The notes under the pieces: model-generated
Seen by the model: only the letters and a program-made list of their open reading frames with translations
The model's database searches: none
Told to the model about the DNA's origin: nothing
Program-made: the position numbers and the translations under genes
Assembly: GCA_036172245.1 (NCBI GenBank)
Contig: JAYWIR010000001.1
Location: forward strand, 930,001 to 994,000
Direction of reading: 5' to 3'
DNA length: 64,000 nucleotides
Source: Raillietiella orientalis
Lineage: Eukaryota
Shown: positions 1-12,917 of the stretch, in pieces
How the letters are laid out: each line of letters opens with the position of its first letter
Numbering within the stretch: position 1 is the first letter of the stretch

Positions 1-818
1 GAGCAACCAGCGTTATTGCAAGGAGAAAAAAAAAACTGCTGGTTTATGTAACACGCATTACAATCTCTCAACATCCTCTTGGTAGCAAAATAGCTCTTGG
101 TAGGTAACAGCAGAGCGGTGGGAGAAGGCAGGCAGGGACCTAACCGTTGTCAAAGGGCTCTATATCATGGAGATGTTCCGATCTTAAGTTTGGGGAAGAG
201 CTGTGAACGTAAAGGTACGTGTGAAGAGTGCACTGAAATTCATGTATTTTACCGTTCCAACGCTTCAAAGGTACACAGGCAGTGCCCTGCTAAAGTGCCA
301 AGTATTATCAAAAGCATTTGCATGATGAAATTACGATCTCGAGTCCAAGTAGAATCATTCTTTGTAGAAATGAGCAGAAAAGCTGGATCATCAGCGTGTC
401 TCGCGGCCATCGGAAAGTGCAACGTGGAGGCATGAAAGAACAGAGGTTAGCAGTCAAGCTCGAAGCATGAAACTGTCTAACATGGAACGAACTCTGAAGC
501 TGCAGAAGAATTCGATCCGAGACACCTCGGGTTGAAAATCACACACTGTCGTGCGTGCAACCTACGCAGTCAGCGAGCTCGTCGCCAGCCACCCACGATA
601 AGGAGGGGTTTCTTAAAGAATGGTCTTGTAGCGGTAGCTGCCAAAGGCTCGACCACGGACAACGGTGACTTCTTGAAGGTCAGTTTGCATAGCAGAGCAG
701 AATCTGAAGGAAGATCCGGGGCCACTTGGATTGACTCTACACTCAAGAAACTCGAAAGTTTTCCTGCTTTCTCTTTGGAGTTTTATGAGGCAACCGATGC
801 CAAAAGGGTAAGAGTAGA

Positions 819-904
819 TCCTGCTCAGTTTCTAGGGTAGTTTCTATCCAGTTTCTAGGACGGTTCCTTCTCAGTTCTCAGGGTTGCTCCTGTTCAGTTT
901 GCCC
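819..904. repeat. Degenerate tandem minisatellite, 23-bp unit, about 3.7 copies
   Basis: Units: tcctgctcagtttctagggtagt (819), ttctatccagtttctaggacggt (842), tccttctcagttctcagggttgc (865), tcctgttcagttt (888). A detached partial copy lies near 948. Confidence 0.8.
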
Positions 905-1299
905 AGCGTTGACGACAGGCGAGTGGATACAATTGCGCGGAGGCTCATTCCTACTCAGTTTATAAGGTTTCATGGTACCACCCCAGAAACGGAGTTATTC
1001 AGAAAGTGGGACCAGGATTGCTACCAAAACTGAACTTGCCACACGAAAAATTCTGGGTGCGGTTTGAAAGGAGCTCCGTCAGTGATGCTTTCCGTTCGGC
1101 TGTCCCGGGGTGGTTGCGGCGACATGAGACACGCAGTGAAGAGAGACTCAAGATTCCTCTCACAATAGGTGTACAAAAGCAAACACCAACGCACCGTTCC
1201 ACTCAGATGGTGGGATGGTCGTACCAAAAGGAAACAATAAGTTGAAAAATGAATAGAAAAAAAACAGGTCTGGTAAAAGGAACTCTTTGAAGAAGAGTA

Positions 1300-1860
1300 G
1301 GAAGAAGCGTCCAGCCTTTCCATCACTGAGGCATTCCACCGGGAGCACGATGAAAAACAAACGCATCGCCAGTTCCATGGGAACGCTGGTTGCGTGCAAG
1401 GGGTCTGCAACTCCCATCCCGAAAGAAGGGCATTAGATTCCAGCAGGATCAGAAGAGTTCGTTTCAATGTCATCGCACCACAGCCTGTTCTGGTACCAAG
1501 TCCCCTCTAGGTCCAATATTGATGTCGGTCATCGAGTGGGTACCCCCTGTGCAAAAGAGGCTGTCTCGTTCTGGATAGGGATGGGCAGCAAGGAGCCGTT
1601 CAGACAGATTTGAGGGGTCATCAGACCTCCCTCAGGTAGCAGTTATTCCCTGAGGCGGCACTCGGTCACTTGAAAATTTCTATGCTGCAATGCATGTCTG
1701 CTTCGAAGATTTGCATCCTGTTAGCTGTGCTGCCCATCGGTCCTCCACCTAGGTTCGCTTCCTGGATACCCAAAGCCCAGGAGTGTACTGAAGCCGTCTG
1801 ATGGGCCACCGCACTCGAACATCCAACGATACGGAGATTGGTAACCGATACAGGAAGAGG
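1300..1860 (-). mobile_element. Degenerate non-LTR retrotransposon, APE-endonuclease relic
   Basis: Minus-strand translation gives VTNLRIVG...LGIQEANL (like TxNVxG...LQET) and, further on, RGDL (like GDFN). Frames are broken. Confidence 0.35.
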
Positions 1861-1969
1861 GGTTGGGCGCCGAGACCGCAAAAACTCCTCTCTTCCCGAA
1901 GTCAAATTGAGGAATTTGAAGATAAAGTGCCAAGCGATGGATCAGATGAGAATAGCCTTTTTTCTTCTG

Positions 1970-2400
1970 AATAGGCACGATTCCAACGGTGCAATGGGTT
2001 GATGATGCACTTCCTTTTGGCCAATCGTGGAAAATCCTATGGATGATCTTCTATGTTCTGCTTTTTCTTCCAGCTTCTTTTTTTTTCGGTTTTCTCCTCC
2101 GTTCCTTGGATTCGTTGAGGTAATACTCAAGAATCCCGTTCCACCACTTCTATTAGCATCGTCGAGCCTCTTCGATACCCGCCATAGGGCTTATGCCCAA
2201 GGGGTCAGGGGACCCCGAAAGGAGAACCAGGAAGGCCCGAAGACAAAGTCCGTTCCTCTGTTCTCTGACCAAAGAGAGAAACACTTTTATTTCTTCCAAT
2301 TTTCTCTTCCCACTTCGGCTTCCGATCACACTGGGAAACCCCGAGGGAGAGCCAACACCACTACACGACGGAGGGCACCCCGAGATGGAAGTCCTCGACT
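1970..2400 (-). mobile_element. 5'-truncated copy of the tRNA-headed SINE-like repeat
   Basis: The reverse complement shares gaggacttccat, agaggaacggact, ccttcctgg, an A-tract and atcatccatagg (2036-2047) with the copies at 45.9, 50.9 and 60.8 kb. Confidence 0.65.
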
Positions 2401-4100
2401 CCATGACACACACTGGAGCGGGCTCCCTAGGTGTCGTGATTCCTGTAGGGACTGTGGATGGTCTAGTCCCGGTTCACACTCTCTTGGTCGGCGGAGAGTC
2501 TTCCCTCGGTCTCCAGCGCGTACGGGTGTTGACGCCTCGCTGCTAGCAGGTGTACCCGGACTCTCTCGCACCGTGGATCTTTACCCAGGCGAAGACTCAC
2601 TCCTGGAGCAGGCAGTGCAGTTCTCGATGAGATAGAATACCCTGGTGTTCTCCTCCATCAGGGCAACCATCTGACCCGCAACGTCTCAGCAATCTCTCGA
2701 GAGAGGAGAGGAGGATGTGAGTCCTTTGCAGCCGGTCGCGCTCTTCACGGAGAGCCGCGCTGGTGCGCCCTAGGGAGTGGTCCGCAATCTCACGCGAGGG
2801 CGAGTCTTCTGATTTGGAACTGATGCTCCATCCGATCCAGCATAAGGAAGCCCAGTCCACCATCCCGACGCGGAGCACACAAGTCTTTGAGTCGGACTCT
2901 GGACCTCCCTGTGCCTCACAGGGCTTTTCTCAGGAGGTCCTCCATCCTTCTCTTGATGTCAGGTGGAGCGGGGCATACAAAAAGCAGGGGGCGGAGAAGG
3001 GAAGCCGCGAAGGAGTTTTACACCGCGACCCGTTCCAGCAAGCAAAACTTGCTGTTATGATACGAGTCGAGCACCATCTCTATCTTTTGGAGATGGCTGG
3101 AACAGAATTCTGCTGCGCAGAAATCCCCCAACGAAGTACCAAAGTACTAGGAGTGCCCACCCGTAGGGATACCTAAGAGGATCCAGTCCGACTGTCCAGC
3201 CCACGCCGCACCGACCGGCACCAAGGATGAGTTCGCCGTGTTCGCTTCAAGGCCTGCTTATCAGCTCGAAGTCCTCGAGTGGTCATGGCTCCGGGATGGT
3301 CATGGGGAGCAGCAGCAGAAGATCGTCCTCATAGACTGATCGGCAAGCATGCCTGGACACGAGCTCGGCAGGGTTTCCAGAAACGCTGGGATGATGGAAA
3401 TCGTTTTATAGACAGTCACAAAAGTGGGAGTGAATCGAAAAGATGGAGAAGAGCAAACCTTTCGAGTGTTTGTTTGCTTGTCGAGGTTATAAGCAACGAA
3501 CTATCCCGGACTGGGGTGAAGCCAGACTGGAGAAAGCGTTGGTGGAAGACGTTGGTGAGTCAGTTCAGTTCACCAAAAAATCGAAGACTTTCATCCACTT
3601 TGCGCTTTGGGAAAGAATTCCACTTGTTCCTTTTTAGTGGTCCAACGAGCGACCAAGACAAAGAAAAGATTGGCAATCTCGAGGGAAAGGCAAGCGGCGT
3701 CGACAAGATGGTGTGAATCTCTTCAGGCACAACTTTTCCAAGAGCCCCAGACAAATAACACGCTCGTGGAGACCACGCGACCAGGACATTGGCCAGGGAC
3801 CTCTGCTGAGGAGTAACTTTTTCCCGGAGTCCTTTGCGGGCTCGCTCGGCGCAACGAAAGTCGCAGCAGCGATAACTGGTGTCTCCATGACTATGGTTCC
3901 TTATGCCGTTAGTTCCGTGCGATCAGGCCTTTTTTCTGCGGGCTTACCGGAGAGCCACTCTGCCCAAGACGCACGGTTAGCATCTCGTTCATCTCGCGGT
4001 CGCAGCTGTTCCTGCTTTTTGTCATCTTCATTTTCCTTGTGTGTGTGTGTGTGTTTCTTTCTTTCTTCCTCTCTTTTTCTTAATTACCATCCTCCAGCTA
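2401..4100 (+). mobile_element. Degenerate L1/Tx1-clade LINE ORF2 relic (endonuclease to C-terminal zinc finger)
   Basis: Ordered decayed motifs: HTGAGSLGVVIP (GVxIL), LLAG, SR*DRI...PSDP (SRLDRI/SDH), KVLGVP, SLQGLLISSKS, RLIGKHAW, VETTR. A pyrimidine-rich tail follows near 4015-4080. Confidence 0.55.
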
Positions 4101-7100
4101 TCAGCCTGCTCGCAAGGCTGACGATTGGCGTCCTCCGCCACAGGCGCGGGTGACCCCGGACTACGTTCTAGTGTCCTCATTTTTACTCCTTACCTTCTCC
4201 TTTCTCCTAGCGGGGGTCTTGTGTTCGCGCGCCAAGCGAGTTTCGTCTTAGGAGCCTGTTCGAGGTACACCCGCCTGTGTCCTTGCTGGCCACGGTAAAG
4301 ACATGCAACATCATTACACCTCTTTCTCTTCGTTTCACAGCTACCTCACGAACCACAGACAGGTCTGTGCTGTAGGGCGCAGAGTAGAGCCAGCGACAGT
4401 CGAGCATGCAGCCGTTGTTTTACTACAAACGTCTCGCAGGCCCCTGAATGAGTTCCACTTGCACTGTAACGCACGAACGGTTGCATACTGGTCTAACGCA
4501 TTGAATCACCGCAGAATCCTACTTAAATAGACATATAAGATCGCTCTCTTTGGTTGGGAAGACCTTGTGTTCTTCAATGCACAGAAACTTTGAGTCCCCA
4601 GAAGATAAATTCAGGGGAGTCGCTCTCGCCCAGAGGACCAGAAACCTGAGGTTCTCCTGAATCACTCCTAACCGAATGAACTCCGACCCAAGTTCGGCTC
4701 CAGGAGGTAAGTTAACCTGACCTTGCAGAGAAGTTGGGGCATGTGTGATCTTCAGCTACATAGGCCGAAAACTCCTGATGAAGCGCTTGCGTCACCTGCC
4801 CTGAAGAAATCTCCTCACGCTTCAGCAGAAGGAACGGCAGCTCTCTAATCTCAATGTACTTGAGTACGATTCCTTGGTGTTTCCTCGCTCCCGTGCCCAG
4901 GAGGCACCTTCATACAAGTGGAGGGGTCTGCGGCGTTGACAGCGGGATGAACGGACTTTTGTGAAAAACCTTAGCAGAAAACGACTCTCCTTGATCACAA
5001 TATGCATCACAACGTGCAAAAGAACGGCACTGACATCAAACACTCTCGCACGGTAAACACTCTCGAACACTCATGGGTTGAAGAGAAGTACAGGGAGGAT
5101 GGCTCGGCGCAGGGACTTTCCAAGGATGATACCTAGATGCTATCCAAGGCGGAAGTTGCCGCTGCGCTAGCTGCAATGCATCGTGGTGTGCCAATAAGAC
5201 ACGAGGACACGAAGGGTAGTCCTCATAGCATGCAGTGAAATAGCCGTAACATTCTGGATACAGATCTTGATAGAACCACCGGGATCCTCCTGTAAGTAGC
5301 CGGTGCTTTTGCCCTAATTCTTTGGGAAGTAAAAAAATATGTCAGAGTTCAGATTCCTTCCAGTCCATCCTAACAAATTCATTTACCTATTTCAATAGGT
5401 AAAAGAATTTGCTAGAACCTCTCACGTGTTCGGTATTGTGTCATTAGTGTCTTTTTTGTGTGTGTGTGCGTTTCAATATCTTGCGTGAAAAAATCAACTC
5501 CAAACAATGGCGTTGGAGGAACTGTGGGTTGAAGAGAAATGGTGGTCCTTGGACTTGTAGAGGGTCAGCATCCCTCTTGGAGAATGGGAACTTGAAGCGG
5601 TGCTTGGAAGTAGCCATGTTGGTCCCTAAGTATGTAGGTTTTTGGTGCAGGCCATCCTGCACGTTAGAAAAGTGTGCAATGCATCAGTTGATCCTATAAT
5701 GGATTGCAAGTTTCCTTCCAGACCCCTCTTTGCAGATTAGATATTATACACTTCACAATCATACCGCTTGTCGAAACACTTGCAAAATAGCATCACAATA
5801 AAAGACACTCTCGACTTGTTTGCTTGTTTTTAATTCAATGGGGCACCGAACAGTTACAATGCAGCAAATTACCTAAAAATGATGGCACAAGTCCGTTGTG
5901 ATTCTGACCAATCCGTAAAGTATTTACCATGTGAGTGCACCATCAATTTGCACTCTGGCATAAAAGGGCTCAAGCAAATGGATCAATTTGTAACCAGCAC
6001 TGCAAATTTTGGGGAAGAAGGTATACTTTGAGTGTTATGGCCACCACAGGAAGCTGTGGTTGAACTGTTATTACAATTAAGTTAGATATGAGGTGAAGTG
6101 AGGTTCATAAATTGTGATTTACATTGTGAAACTTCCACTGCAATGTCAATGATCGGCTCTCAAAAGAACAGTTTTTGCAGAAGCAGTAAAGCCTTGAATT
6201 TCAAGAAAAAAACCTGCACGAGAACTTAACGCATCCTCATTTTCTTGGCAACGAAATGATTTACTTCAATGCTGTGGTTATCACAGAGACTGGATGAACA
6301 GTGTGCCAGCAGTGAACATCCTCAAAGGACTTGTGAAGGACACAGGGACCAGGAACTGTGGACATATTCATGCTTAGACTTACAGTTACATCCTGCAAAG
6401 GATTGTGAACTTACCCAAGTGAATGAAGTCCCCACAAGAACCCAGTGATCCTGTTCTCAAAGAATCCCCCTACACAAAACAAGCAAGTGACCCTCAGTGA
6501 CACTTAAAAATGCCTGTGAAAGTGAAATTGAGTAATAGACTGTTGTACTGTTACTTGTTGTAAATACTGTAACCTAAATTTGTAAAGTATATTCACCCCA
6601 GTGCAAGCAGGACTAAGGAAAACTGCATCCAGGGGTGTTCTGATACAATTTCTGATATGTACACTATGTACACTTTCCACACTGATTTGCCTGGCCCATG
6701 TGTTTGGACAACTTGATTAATTCAAATTTAACAGGTTTACATGCACCTGCATTTTGTCTATTCACACTTTGAAGCATACAGTTCTTAAAAGACATGTATG
6801 ACCAAACTGTCCTAAAATACTGGAGTGCTGCCACAATTTAAAAATTGGGCCTGACTGCTGCTGGGAATACACATATTTCCATTCATACAAATAGGTAAAT
6901 GTCATTTACTTAATATATGATTACGTAAGGTGGGTCTCCAAGACATGAAACATAAAAACATTCTAATAAAATACAATATTCTTCCCATAGATGTCCTGAT
7001 CTTATACCTCTCGTACATACTTTTGAAATATGGACTATCTGACTTACAATTGGCAGCAGTTTCAACAAACTAGCACCTTGATACCATGTAATTCATCATT

Positions 7101-10100
7101 ATTTTATACAATCACAGGTGAGGTTTTTTCAGAGAAAATAAGATTAAATATTAAATCACATCAATACAACCTTATTTTAGTATGAGAAGACACTTATCAT
7201 TTATTCTACCCAATTAATCATTTTGTTTTATTACATGTTCCTTGTTCTTCATTGCAAATAAATGGAAGATTAGATGTTATTCCAATCTTAGTTTTATACG
7301 CTGAGTCTAAGAAACAATGCTTCCAATGTAATCCAATGAACTCTAAAGTCTCAAAAATAAGTTATTCACTTGATCTAGCAAATCGATAGTTAGTACCGTG
7401 GAAACACATACACCTATTGCACACATACGTATACACAGATTATGTATGCTCGAATTCCTCATTTATGGACAGATAAATTTTAAATGAAGTGGTTTAAACA
7501 TGTAGCTTTTGAGCAACTCGGGTCAAGGCATAAAAGTCTGATGCATGACTATGATAAAAGTCTGACTGTTTGGGGATTTACAAACAAAAATTCAAATCTG
7601 CGTAACACAGGATGCAACTTTGACGATCCTACCTTGACAATTTACATGTACATACAAAGAAATCGAAAATGGAGCACGGGCTAATTGGTAAACACCCAAA
7701 CAAATGAATGTAAGCTATTCGAGATTCCCAAAAGGGACGAACAATAAGTTCAATCATAAATTTGTTTGCAATACAGGCAAACAAACCAGTGTTTTATACA
7801 TTCCCAACTAATTAGTAACATTGTTCGAAAAACACATATTGAAAACGTGCTATTAATAATAACTAGATAACCTTTGAAATTCCACCTGTACTTTCGAAGT
7901 TTTAAGTTTAAGGCACTGCCACATAAAAGCGTCTGAGACACATCTTCATACCCGCCAAAAATAGTTCCCAAGAAAAACAAGGGCTAAATATTGTGCACTG
8001 CAACGGCAGATTCGGTGGGAAGGAGTGTTTGTTTTGCTGCCACAATATCTGGATAACATTACCTTTTTTTTCTTCGCAGGACAAAAGCAGACAGCTTGCC
8101 AACACCATGTTTTCCGCTGTGCCTTCGCAAAGCGATCTGGAACTTTCGTTCGACTCAAAAATGAAACAGTGAAAAAGGAGGGAAGGGGGAGAAAAAAATT
8201 GGAGATTGTCTCAGGTTAATTACGAGCATACTTTAGCGGTATGGTTCTGAATTTTGCAAACGTTTGGAAAATCTACATTCAAAACTATGGTTCAAATCAC
8301 TGAACTGTATTGCGGAAGCACTACGCTCGTGCAAAGATAAATAAATATCATTGTACAGGAAAAAAAATCAAAAGAAAACTAAAAAGTATTCACAACTGCC
8401 TAGAATCCGAAAAACAAAAAAAAAACTGTAGAGACTACTGAGACTGAGACTCACTGAGACTGCCGCATTATAAAGTTCTGCCAAACTTGAGTTGGGAGAT
8501 GTACCAGTCTCACTAGTAATGAAATGCAGGAATTTTTGGTTTACGGTCAGCAAGTTTTCTCCCGAAAGCCCCTATAAAATATTTTGAGGAAGCACACAGC
8601 CTGTGTAAGCCGTTTTCCTTATCATAGTGTTTGAAATTTATTCAATTTATCTTAATATTTTGTCATTGCTTGATTCAGAAGATAACGAAACGGTGGGTAC
8701 AAAGAGTTATTCAGGAGTTCAGCAGGAACTACTGAATAACTCTTCAAATTGAATAGAATATGAAGACAAAGGTGCATCACGGTTTGCGAAACATAATGTT
8801 AAAAATAAGAAACTGAAAATATGCAAAACACTTTATATAACTGGAAATCGGAAATGGCCTATAGGAAGGATGTAAGCGATAGAAGCGATGCAAGGAATCA
8901 GTAGTACTCTTGAATTCTTGAAAGCATAGTTCATAGTTTTCAAGAAGACGCATTGCTTTCCCAGATGAAAGTATTACTAGTCATTTAATAGCTCTAATTT
9001 CACATGTTGTTAACATAGAAGGATATTATAATAAGATGAAAACTAGATAATGCTGTAACTATGGACTACGAATAAAATAAATGTGTGAATTATTACCGCA
9101 TGTATAGAGCATGCATGAAGTAGTCTTTGTTACAACAACACTAAGTTTTTCGAGTAGAAATTAAAGAGAAAGTCCCAATTCAAAATTTTGTGTTTCGTAA
9201 GTTCTGCAAGTTCCACTACACTATGAGTCTGTGGAATGAATGAATTTACATCCGCTGGTTGAAATCTGGAAAGGTCCAGCGTGCGTAAATCACTGAGAAT
9301 CTGTACGTATTACAGCACCTTTTCCATCTTTTTCTTAGTATTGAAAAGAAGAATCCCGAGGGAGAAAACGTTACCATTTAAATAATCGGAGTCCGTTTTG
9401 AATATGAATGCGCCAAGAGTATTTCACTTCGAATTTTATTGCATTTTGTGTTTCATACGCAAAGATGCTTCTTGTATACAACATGGACTATTTTATAGTT
9501 TGTAAGTTTTTTTGCACCTTATCAAATAGCAAACACGTCTATGCATACATAGATCGGAAAATATATTTGTTTCCTCTCCTACAAGAAAGTATAAAACAAA
9601 GCTTCAAGCTGCCTTGAGCTTTCTATATAAAGCAGGTAGATTACCCCTAGAACTATAAAGAAACTAAAATCTAAGCAATTAACTATTGTTTCATTTCGTA
9701 TTATAGAGAGAAATGACAGTAGGTGATTACAGTACCACAGATTCTAGCATTTCAGAAGAAAGAATTGCTTTAGCAACTAAAATTTTTCCACTTAGTCTGT
9801 TAGAACTAGACTATCGAAAACATGGATGTACTTGTAAGCATCTTATAAAGATATGTTTAAACTTGAGTGCTGTTGAGAAATTTAGCGTAGTAAATTTTGA
9901 TCTGAGCAATACAGCAGCAAAACATAAATCGAATGAATTGGCTAGGGGTTATGAAAGAGACCAAAAAAAATGCATGCCTCTTTTTTAAGATACGAATAGG
10001 ATTTCTGGAATAGCAGAACGAAGGATAAGCGTAGAGAAAATCTCTGAAGGATGGCATAGGGTGGTGACTCACAACTTTAATTGCAAAGAGCAATGAGTGC

Positions 10101-11719
10101 AGGACTGTTGTGGACAATTTCAAAGTCGAGCAAGAAACACCCTGATTGAGATCGTCGAGGAATTAATTATGAAGAACTGACAGCAAAGTACTACTGCGAT
10201 CGGAATGCTACCATGTGTGTCACTCTGTTACTAGGGAGCAGTTTATAGCAGCCCTTCATCAAAACTAGTAATCGAAACAGAGCATTCCCGTTCACGTATT
10301 CCAGAATAGTTTGATCTTTGTATGGGTTTTCTATTGCTGGCCTCTTCCAAATGATGGCATTAGCTGATAGAGTTTCAGAACTTATCCTGACGTTGTTGGA
10401 CATTGGCGGGTCAATGCTGTAGCGTCTACACAGATACTTTTCATCCAGCTTGTTCGGCTGGAAATTAGTTGGCAGTTGCCGTCAAGTCGGCCATCTTTAC
10501 GAACGAAAAATCCTTCTTCCATTTCAAAATGAAATAAATGGGAAAACGAGGGAAAAACAAACGCAACCTTTAAGTGCACTGTTGATTAGGTAGATCGGGG
10601 AAAAAAGGGCGACAAAAAAAAAAAAAAGAAAAGAAAAGAAGAGAGAGAGAACAACGAAGAGGAAATGAAGAGTGGATAAAAAATTATGAAGAATCATGTT
10701 CGAGGGAAGGATGCTAACTCTAAACATGAATCATCATTTCAATCACGAGATGCCTCGTGGGCAAAGCACGTCTCAGAAAGGGAACCCTTTCATTTGGCTA
10801 ACTCTGGTTGTTTATCAACATATTTTATTGATTGGCTCAGTTCTTCATTTATTTCTGGTATACAATGTTTCCTTTCTTTGCATTTTTTTAATAATTTTCC
10901 ATTTCTCCATCTTTCTTACGAAGAGTTAGCAGGATTACCAAGAGTGTTGATCAGATGTACATTTTTTTTTTCAATTCGGTACGAGAATGGTATGAGAATT
11001 GGAATGGGCAGACGTAAGGAAAAAAAACAAATTAGAAACGTGTGATTATTGCGATGGGACAGGAGAAGAAATAGGAGTCGAAAGACTGAAGGCTAATCCG
11101 CTTCCATATGTTGCATTGGAGAGCAAGAGAGAGTGGAGAAAGAATGGAGCACGTACAACATGGATAATTAATTCACATATAAATACTGGGCTTACGATTT
11201 ATTGGATTTCAAGTATCCTTAAGGAGGCTCCGATTCAAGAGACGGATCAGTAAGTCCAGAGTTAAGTATTCTGTAAAGAAAGCGGAATATTCGACTGGCT
11301 AAACTCCTGCAGTCAAAAATTCAGTTGAATTATAAAAATTGGCTTTGGCACAGTTTACTAAACATTTCCCCTTAAAAATTTAAAAAAATTAACGATTAAA
11401 CTATAATTACGGATTGCAGTAAAAAAATAAAATAAATAGATTATTCATTTGATCTATTCTTAACTTGCTTGTTTTCTGACTTTTTATCGGCTATTGGATT
11501 TCATTCTTCTATGAGACTAAATATCTCTTGGATTGCCTTTATGGGGTATCAGCTTTTCATTTTTATCTCCTATACCCTATTTTACTTTCATATTGACTGC
11601 TCACCCACATTTCAACTACTTGCCACATATTGGCTCCTTGGTAGACCTTTGTACATGCTCCTCCCAGTAAAATCTTAGTTTTCTACAGCTGCGTTTGAAC
11701 TTTCCTATCAAAGTCATTA

Positions 11720-12285
11720 GTTCGCAGCCGGCTGCAGAGCCGTGCCTGAGGAGCAGACGTGCTAAGACGCACCAGTGGGGTGGTCCAACACCTGGCCATC
11801 AAAACCAGTCTCCTGAACCGGAGCTGCCTCTACATGGCGACCGAATGCTCCCCTACGCGCAGCATGCAAGTCCCGGAGAAATCCCTGTGCCACAAAGGGC
11901 TTTTCGCAGAGGGCCCTTGGTCCGCTGTTTCACAGCATTGTGGGTAGGGCAAACAAAAAGCAAGGGGTGCGTTCCCGTTCCGGAAGAAGGAACCTGCCCA
12001 TCCGGGACGGGCCGAACGCCGACTCTGCCTCCTAGAGACAGCCGGACCACGCTTCCGAGAGGAGAGGGATGGGGAGTTACTCACCTGAAGCACCTGACTG
12101 TGGATGATCCCCCAACCCATCACATGCCTACGCCGCCGCACCGACTGTGCATGCAGGCGACTTCTCCCTGTTGATGCACCGCGACGGATCAACTCGAAGA
12201 ATCCTTCGAGCGCTGCTGCCGAGGCCGACACCGACGGCAGCAGCAGAGCATCGTCGGCAGAAGACAACGAGGCAGGAGTTTTCAA
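11720..12285 (-). mobile_element. Degenerate L1/Tx1-clade LINE RT relic
   Basis: ORF 11830-12285 contains LSSADDALLL (YADD-like) and SPLWH. There is nucleotide similarity (caaacaaaaagcaagggg) to the LINE relic at 63.25 kb. Confidence 0.6.
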
Positions 12286-12324
12286 AAAGATCGAAAAACG
12301 GATTTAGGAAAGAGTAGACGTCTG

Positions 12325-12917
12325 AGTTGGTGGCCGTGCGGCTGCTGCGCGCGGCACCGAGCGTCGCGGGTTCGAATCCCGCCCGACGCCGAGCCTTCTC
12401 TCTCCGCAGGATGACTGTGGTTGGCCTATTCGGGTGCGGCGTCTGTGGAGACCGAATGCCGTCTTGACTGGTCGGATTGGAATTTGACCCTCCGGGGTCC
12501 TTCCAGGAAGCAAGGATTCCCTCGGGGTTACCCTCCGGGTGTGAGGATGGAGCCGTACGTACCATGGAGCTGGTTGATGCCCCCATCGGAGGGTTGCCTC
12601 TCTCGGGTTTCAGAAGCGCGCTGCTCCCTTTGGGGAGTGCCCTTCAGAGAAAACGGGAGGCATCCCTCCAAGGTTCTCTCCGGAGGAGGGAAAATGAAGT
12701 AGTTTTCTTCGGGGTTCCGTTCCAAGAATGAGTAAGAGGGAACAGACTTCTTCCACCGGAGTCTTCCTGGATCCATAGGGTGTGGTCCCCCTAACTTGAA
12801 GAGTGACCAGCCCTTCCGGGTGCTAAAGAGTTTCGTGAGCTCCTCCTAAGGAGGCGAAGAGTTCTTCAGGACTTCCTGAGAACCAAAAAAAAAGAGCAGA
12901 CTTACCAGAAGGGAAAC
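12325..12917 (+). mobile_element. tRNA-headed SINE-like repeat
   Basis: A-box-like tggccgtgcgg (12331-12341), B-box ggttcgaatcc (12369-12379), conserved body ggtccttccagga...ccatggagctggttgatgc...cttcctggatccataggg, A-tract 12885-12893. Homologous to five other copies. Confidence 0.75.

Noticed and set aside
819-904. CRISPR-like array (also considered for 63281-63392)
   Set aside because: The units are contiguous with no unique spacers, there are no cas genes, and the context is eukaryotic.
7670-7740. tRNA-like gggctaattggtaaac segment
   Set aside because: No T-arm/B-box or acceptor stem at the right spacing.
10191-10403. Possible hAT dimerisation-domain relic (TILEYVNGNALFRLL..LLPS)
   Set aside because: The key W and ERxFS residues are absent and the resemblance is too weak to call.
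12325-12385. Functional tRNA genes at the ggttcgaatcc motifs (also 45972, 50937, 58641, 60803)
   Set aside because: No complete cloverleaf or anticodon arm. Each is fused to the same long repeat body, so they are treated as SINE heads.
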